A stretch of DNA of 64,000 bases from Octopus vulgaris. Its lineage: Eukaryota. The translations under genes and the position numbers were made by a program. The stretch spans positions 15,066,001 to 15,130,000 of the forward strand of contig OX597839.1 of the NCBI GenBank assembly GCA_951406725.2, in the 5' to 3' direction. Shown here one piece after another: positions 1-64,000 of the stretch. The notes beneath the pieces are model-generated. The model saw only the letters and a program-made list of their open reading frames with translations. It made no database searches and had not been told where the DNA came from. Position 1 is the stretch's first letter. Every line of letters starts with the position of its first letter.

Positions 1-149
1 TGATATATAATCTCTACGAAACATTATTATCGTTATTAGTACTAAAAAAGAATGGAAATATTTAAATTACTATATCGAATTATATATATTAATTCATTTT
101 CCTTCTCTATAATTATAAGCATTTCTATATGCTTCTATAATGCATAAAC

Positions 150-609
150 TCGGTTTTATATGCATAAGATATGGTCATCAAATCTAAGTAGAGATTGCAA
201 ACTTAAAATCTTCAAAGCCACAGTCGAACCAATTCTACTATATGGCTCAGAAACCTGGACGTTATCAAAGAAGCTTGAGAGGCGCTTTGATGGAACGTAC
301 ACTTGCCTCCTTATGAGAGCTCAAAATCTCTCGTGGAAGCGTCCTCCAACCAAAATGCAAATATATGGGAAACTACCACATGCCTAAGATCGGGACATTG
401 TTGTAGAGCTGAAAACGAGGTAATTTTTACTCTTCTCCTCTAGAAGCTATCTGCTCGCGATACCAGAGGGCGCACACTCTCCTACCCTGTATCTCCAGGG
501 ATACAGGCATCCAGCAACAGGACCCCCGTAAAGCTATGATGGATCGTGAAGTCTGGCGTAACATAATAAATTCCCTTGTCTCGACCACGGTCGAACAATG
601 ATGATGATG
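150..609 (+). mobile_element. RTE-like LINE 3' fragment
   Basis: KLKIFKATVEPILLYGSETWTL motif (RTE RT C-terminal region); ends in a (TGA)n tail. Confidence 0.75.
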
Positions 610-1769
610 TACTCTTTCAGCTTCTGCATTGGTTCATCTCCATGGCTAAAAACAAAAATTCCTTAGCAACAAAACAACCTGTTTAAAACAGCTTTGCTCT
701 ACAACAGCGGCACCAAATTTCTGCCACCAAATCGTCCCTAATCTATGATATAAAGGGATCGGTCTACATGGCTCTAGATTTTTTCCTTATGTAAAGGGAT
801 TTTATTACTCAATACGTAAGCTATGAGAGAGAGTAATAACTCAAATTTAACATTTTTCACCAGAAACCATTTCACTTTATTGCTGTTACTAACACCTTTT
901 GGAACAAAACATCAATGCCATTACTTCTATACTTTTGCTGGAATTATATTATCCTTCTTTCTTGTCCAATACAACAGACGATACTCAATATCTTTAAAGC
1001 ATATTCACTTAAAGTTCTGTTTATAATTGCAGTGACCTCAGAAATAATAAAGATATGATGTGTGGATGTCATCTGCCAGCCTTGGTAAATTATGCGAAAA
1101 CAACGTTCAACAGACCTATGAAGGTCGAGGGCGAGTGTCAGACAGATACAGGCAATAACCAAAACAAAATAATACCTATAATGGAATACTCACAATGTAA
1201 AAGTTAGTAAAATCTTCCTTGTTGTTATTTTATTATTATAACTGACAGTACAATCGTTGAGAGGCCGGATAAACCACCTAGCGACATTTCATACATCGTT
1301 ACGGTCTGAGTTCAATTTACGTCCAGTTCGACTTTGCTTTTCATCCTATTGAGGTATTTTTTTTAGACGTTTGTTCCTTCTCAAGCCATGCCTGGCCCAT
1401 AAGGGCCGGTTTCCCGGTTTCTTTAGCGTATAGGTTCCCCATGTGGATGGGACGCCGGTCCGTCGCAGGTAAGCTGCTAGATGCAGGGGGAAATAGTGAG
1501 AGAAAGTTGTGGCGAAAGAGTCAGCAGAAGTTCGCTATTATCTTCTGCCGGAGCCGCGTGGGGCTTAGGTGTTTTCGCTCATAAACACACACATCGCCCG
1601 GTCTCAGATTCACACAAACCCACAAACACTAGAGCATACAGACGCATGAACGCGCACACGCACACACTCTCTCACTCACTCCCTCTCTCTTTCTCACTTC
1701 CACACTCCCACGTACATTCCCATTAACATGACTACATGAATACATAAATATATAACTAAAAACTTAATA

Positions 1770-1929
1770 GGCGTAGGAGTTGCTGTGAGGTAAGTACCTT
1801 GCTTACCAACCACATGGTTCTGGGTTTAGTCCCACTGCGTGGCACCTTGGGCAAGTGTCTTCTACTATAGCCTCAGACCGGCCAAAGCCTTGTTAGTGGA
1901 TTTGGTAGACGGAAACTAAAAGAAGCCCG

Positions 1930-1968
<39 letters not shown>

Positions 1969-2155
1969 GTCTGTGTGTGTGTGTGTGTGTTTGTATGTCT
2001 GTGTTTGTCCTCCCCAACATCTCTTCACAATCGATGGTGGTGTGTTTACGTCCCCGTAACTTAGCGGTTCGGCAAAAGAACCGATAGAATAAGTACTAGG
2101 CTTACAAAGAATAAGTCAAATGACTGAAACAAGTAAAAGAGTAAAGAGTAAAGAG
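1770..2155 (+). mobile_element. tRNA-derived SINE (same family at 34215-34640 and 44743-45175)
   Basis: A/B-box-like head (ggttc(c/t)gggtt(c/t)agtccc), internal TA/TG microsatellite and shared 3' end (aatgactgaaacaagtaaa); three mutually similar copies. Confidence 0.8.
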
Positions 2156-2387
2156 AGACGGGCAGACTGGAAGCTGATTTGAAGTAGAGAATGGATATCA
2201 TTGAAGATGTTGCGTTGGCGACGAAAGAACCATGATTGACTGAGTCATGAACTGAATGATGAATCAAGCAAACGATTTGTTGACTGATTAAATTGCTAAT
2301 CAATTGAACAAATAATAAATAAGTGCGAGTATTTTGGCATAATGACCCTCGTAAAATACAGCAAATTCCTCACATTGATGTTTGCAG

Positions 2388-2503
2388 AAATATTAAACTT
2401 GTTACCTTCCATTTGATTTTCATGCTTACCCTCACCGTTGAACGGAACGCCAGCCACTTGCAATGTTGCACTCTAAGTGAAAGCACCAGCCATATTGGTT
2501 CAG
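2388..2503 (+). CDS. Possible upstream exon of the adhesion GPCR (hydrophobic, signal-peptide-like: NIKLVTFHLIFMLTLTVERNASHLQCCTLSESTSHIGS)
   Basis: tttgcag acceptor, single open frame, ends in phase 1 matching exon 4868. The donor (gtgttt) is weak and no compatible start exon was found. Confidence 0.45.
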
Positions 2504-4867
2504 GTGTTTCACGAAATATGAGGTCGTCAGGAGAGAGTGTATGTATATATGAATATGCATGGACACACAGACACAGTCACACACACACATATATGTATAT
2601 ATACAATTAAAATTAAGGGCATAGAAAAAATGCTTGCCTATATGCTGAAAGGAGACGCTAAATATTATCCCTATTATTATTACACACGTGTCGAAAAACG
2701 AGAGCAAGCCAATATATATCGTTAGCCACTACACACATTTTTTCCCTCCTTGTTTTTTCTGTGTCCCTTTCTGTAGAAGAGCGTAGGCTCGAAACGTAAA
2801 GGACTTTTTCTATTCCTGAGCGTTATACTAATACATCTGTTTGTTTTGGACACCACCTGTCTTCGTCTTTTGCTTTATTCGTAAACTCTCCCTATATATA
2901 TATATATATATGTAGATGTCGGTATGTACATATATGTTTGTATGTATGCATATATTTTATTTATTACACTATTGTCTGACAGCGCTTCGCGTCGGGTTCG
3001 TTTGAATTTTCGAATTTTCGAATTCTCACTTCGTTCCGTTTCTTTCCTCTTTGTCCGTTTTTACAGTTTACTACAATGATGCGAAATTCTCTCCCTTTGC
3101 TTTACCTTCCCCTCCTTCTCTCTCTTGCTCTCTCTACCTCACCCTTCTCTCTAGCCTGTGTCTTCCTCTATCTGTCTCTCTCTCTCCCACTCCTTCTCAC
3201 TTTCGTCACTGCTAAACCTTTCCGCCTGTTGCATTCAGGCCCTAAGGTCATGTTTCCTCGCGCTCGCCAGTTACCTTCTCGTCCCAGCCAGAACAAAGGC
3301 CACCGTTCGTCTATTTCGTTTGTTCTCTTGTTTATTTTTGATTTCTCGTATTGTAATTTAATTCTCGTTATGTATTTTCTTGTACATGTATCTTTAATTT
3401 TGTATTTTTTTCTTGTATGTATTTTTTTGTGCAGTTCTTTGTTACGTCCCTTTTTGTGTTACATTTTTTCTTGCTCGTTTACTCCTCTACGAGTTTATTT
3501 TATTTTAATTCTCTCGTAGGAAGGCCTAGCTTGACCTTACGTGTTCTGTCTCTGCCTTCGAAACACGTGTCTGCTAGCGACAGCTGATGAAGGGGATTTT
3601 TCCTTGTGTAGCATGTCCTGTACTTCGTTTTTCTGCTGCACTTAATTGTTTTTCCCGTTTTCGTTTTCGTTTCGTCTTGTTCCACGTCTCTGTCCTTCTG
3701 TTGTAACAAAATGTCTTTTCTGTTTTCGTTCTGTTGATTATTTCGTCTTCCTGTGATGTCCTGTACGTATATATATATTTATATATGCATGTATATATAC
3801 ATGTAGATGTCGGTACGTACATATATGTTTGTATGTATGCATATATTTTATTTATTACACTATATATATATATATATATATACAGATAGACAGATAGAGA
3901 GGGAGAGAAAGAGAGAGAGGGATTACATAATACATACATATATATGCACACATACACGCACACACATATATATCTCGTGCTGCCAGACGTACAACCTTTA
4001 GCGCTTAGTCATGTGGACAGTGAGTGCCCTCGGCCATTTATAAGATTTTGTGGTTGGTGGAAGGAAAGGAGGAAAATACCCTCAAACCATAGACACACCT
4101 GGAATGCTTACAACAGAATTGATTCTGGGAGGGAGAGCCAAAGATTCAGGTGGTTACGTTAAATTGGGTTCGAAAAAACATATATACCCACAGATACACA
4201 CACATATATACTTAAGTACACATACATAAACATATATATTTGAAAGAAAATCATGAGTGACATTGTTTCTATTTATTCAAAATTGTTTTGCTCAGTTATT
4301 ATACCATAGACAGTCCAGTTGTGACCGTCCAGTATTCGACTGAGATTTTCGAAGATTACATAGTATCGCATGATGTCTCGGTTTTGATAATAAAGTGTGT
4401 TCTTTGGCTACTATTTGAGTAGGTCGAGTCACCACGTAGAGGCGGTCTCATTAAATCAACGATTATATTTTAATTGGTTGTTACGAAATTTAAATGACAT
4501 TCTCAGATTTCATAAAGGTTTTCATTCTACAAAAGCATAAATCACCAGTTTAGAATTATCTCCCTTTATTTGATTTCTTCCACAATTTTCGCACTTTTTG
4601 TGAGAGAAGAACAGAAATAGAAAAAGCCATCAAGTAGCTTTCGTAGTTTTCTTAGTTAATTTGGGACAAAACTGAAACAATTGCAAGTGAAAATCGTAAC
4701 ATTCTTTTGTAGTCTTCATTAAGAACTTAATTTAAATATCTCACATGTATTGATTCCAACATTAACACTTTTACATTTGCTTTAAACCACAAAGTAATTA
4801 TTTTTTTCTTATTCTTATACATCACATATCACGTTTTTAAATATGAATATTTTATTGTATTGCATAG

Positions 4868-61848
<56,981 letters not shown>

Positions 61849-61984
61849 GAACCAATAAAAGTAAGTGCAATTTTATATTTCTTATTTCTCCCACTACCAT
61901 AACCAAAACATAATATGTCACAATGGGGCTAATCACAAACACCAACATAAACCATTGTCAACATCGTAACCATCTGTATGTATG

Positions 61985-62053
<69 letters not shown>

Positions 62054-62156
62054 AGGAGTATTGGGGGTGATGTACAGATTTAATACATATGAAAGAAAAA
62101 AGGTGTTCAGAATGCTTGGTGATTGTAAAAATATATATTTATTTACACATCACATA

Positions 62157-62297
62157 TAAGGTTGTCCCAAAAGTTCGTAGAAAGTCTTGGAAAATAATGG
62201 TCTTTATTTTGAGGAATAATTTTTGTTGTTTTTGTTAGTACTTGGCGAGTAAAAATTCAATTTTCGCAAGTGTTTACGAACTTTTGGGACAACCTAA
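62157..62297. mobile_element. Mariner-type MITE
   Basis: TIRs aggttgtcccaaaagttcgta / tacgaacttttgggacaacct with TA flanks. Confidence 0.75.
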
Positions 62298-62420
62298 TAT
62301 TATTTCTTCTTATTGGCGCATATTAGGAGTACTTGAAAGCGCTAACATGAAGAAATAATATATGATATGTAAATAAACATATATTTTTACAACCATCCAG
62401 CATTCTGAACACCTTTTTTC

Positions 62421-62467
<47 letters not shown>

Positions 62468-62469
62468 TA

Positions 62470-64000
62470 AATGAAAGAATGGAGTCGAACGAAGATGTTA
62501 ACAAAATTCCTTTACTCTCGACATATGTTTCGAAGACAACATGTTTTCATTCCAAAGGAATAAAGGGTGCATTATGCAATCTTCTCATCAGGAAAGAAAG
62601 GGAGCCTCTCTCGACAACAAGACAAACAAAAATTTCGATGACTGCCTACATGGTAAACAGAACGATAATGAGTGTTTTTTAAAAAAAAACTGTTAGAAGA
62701 ATTGACGTCAAAGATAGATAGTAGGAAGAGAAGGGTTAAAGGAATAATAGGTAGGGAACAAGTGGAGAGGGAAGGTACGTTGATTGAAAGAATGTTCGAA
62801 GGCTTAGGAAAGAATTTCGCTATAGAAGTGAGGTGGACGTAAAGCTAATTGTTCAAACCACAGTGACTATCGTTATCATTTATATGAGTAGAAAGTATGT
62901 TTCTGCCAGTGTTTACATTTGTATGATTTTTCTATGAGTGTGTTTACTAGGGGAACCTTAAAGAAGAGAATATGGAAGAGTTTAGAGTTGCAAATGTTAC
63001 AAAATCTCCTGCCCTTATCAAAAGGAAAGGATACAGACAGTACGAACCAATCTAACTTGAAATTTATATTGTTGTCTTTAAGACGCCAAACTAATTTACT
63101 TAGCCCTGTACTATGTCGTTTTTTACTATCCCTGAATGTTGAATAATGGTTTGAAATTCTCTTGGATAACTGGGAAGTGGATGCTCCTATATAGAAGAAG
63201 ATATTGGTACCGGAAGAAATTCTACACTAGTAAATAGAATTCTTAATCTTAGAATTGCTAGACAAAAATTTAATTCTGTTGGGGTTGTCCTCCGACCTGG
63301 AGGCTCTACCCTTGGACAGGTTGCTCCAACGTGAAGTTTTTATTGTTATGATTGTTGTTACTATTATTATTAGCGCCAACAACTACACTATTTCTATTAT
63401 TATTAGTATTATTAATGGCAATACAACCAGTAATACCACCGACAATAATACCGTTATTGTTATTACCATCAACACTACCATTGTTATTAACACGACTAAT
63501 ACTATTATTAATATTATCATTGTTAACACTTTCGCTGCTACCAATGCTGTTACTATTAATACTATTCCTATTATTATGATTGTATGATGGGTTGGAATTA
63601 GCAAGATTAGTGTTGGAACACCCGGGTGAAGAATCTTTGTTTAGCAGCTTGGTATTGTGGGAAGATATAATTTGTGAAATATTTCTAGTGTTAGAGAACG
63701 CGATTCCGTCTATGAGTTTATGATAAGGGAAGTATAAGCACCTCAGATACCTCGATAACGTCTCTAGAGATATAAACAACTTGGATTCTATTTTGGTCCA
63801 ATCGGATAAAACCGGCAACATCTATAAGCTTACCAAGAGCCATTATTTGGAACTGCCCGAAAAGGAGATACATAAGAATTACCGGACAACAAGTAGGAAT
63901 ACACTCAGACAGGCCAACTTAGAAACTAAACGGATTATGGAAACTTACGGATTACAGATGAGGACGGGCCCATTGAACCCTAGGCAACCCAGATTCATCT
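62470..64000. mobile_element. Penelope-like element: inverted 3' arm (GIY-YIG and hammerhead, minus strand, ~62470-63825) joined to plus-strand RT N-terminal region running off the window
   Basis: Minus strand: FPYHKL..IAFSNTRNISQIISSHN and FFYIGASTSQLSKRISNHYSTF. Plus strand from ~63826: open frame ...TYGLQMRTGPLNPRQPRFI. Confidence 0.7.
62515..62596 (-). ncRNA. Type-I hammerhead ribozyme (canonical core)
   Basis: CUUUC-CUGAUGA-GAAGA..(long loop)..UCUUC-GAAA-CAUAUG-UC^GAGAG; all three stems pair; palindromic stem III. Confidence 0.85.

Noticed and set aside
1033-1084. Candidate first exon (ttgcag...ATGATGTGTGGA...CCTTG|gtaaat)
   Set aside because: Its ATG frames end in phase 0 or 1, and the phase-2 join to 2388 creates TGA. 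It could be a UTR exon but cannot be supported as coding.

Overview
Eukaryotic, AT-rich, microsatellite-laden genomic DNA. The SINE/Helitron/Penelope content looks like octopus (coleoid cephalopod); this is from recall and was not searched. The window is spanned on the + strand by one spliced gene that the ORF track misses. I reconstructed 17 phase-compatible GT-AG exons from 4868 to 61848 (about 840 codons), plus a weaker upstream exon at 2388-2503. They encode an adhesion GPCR with the order: 12-Cys Ly6/uPAR (three-finger) domain, SEA-like module, HormR, GAIN with canonical HL|TSFAVLM GPS, then 7TM. The introns are packed with LINEs, SINEs, Helitrons, Tc1/mariner relics and Penelope-like elements. 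They also carry a striking set of minimal type-I hammerhead ribozyme motifs (about 10 well-formed plus several degenerate) from several unrelated sequence families, many within fold-back (inverted-arm) elements next to (TA)n tracts. The two most interesting signals are the Ly6-tipped adhesion receptor and the hammerhead/fold-back retroelement system. All family assignments come from motif recognition by eye; no database search was run.
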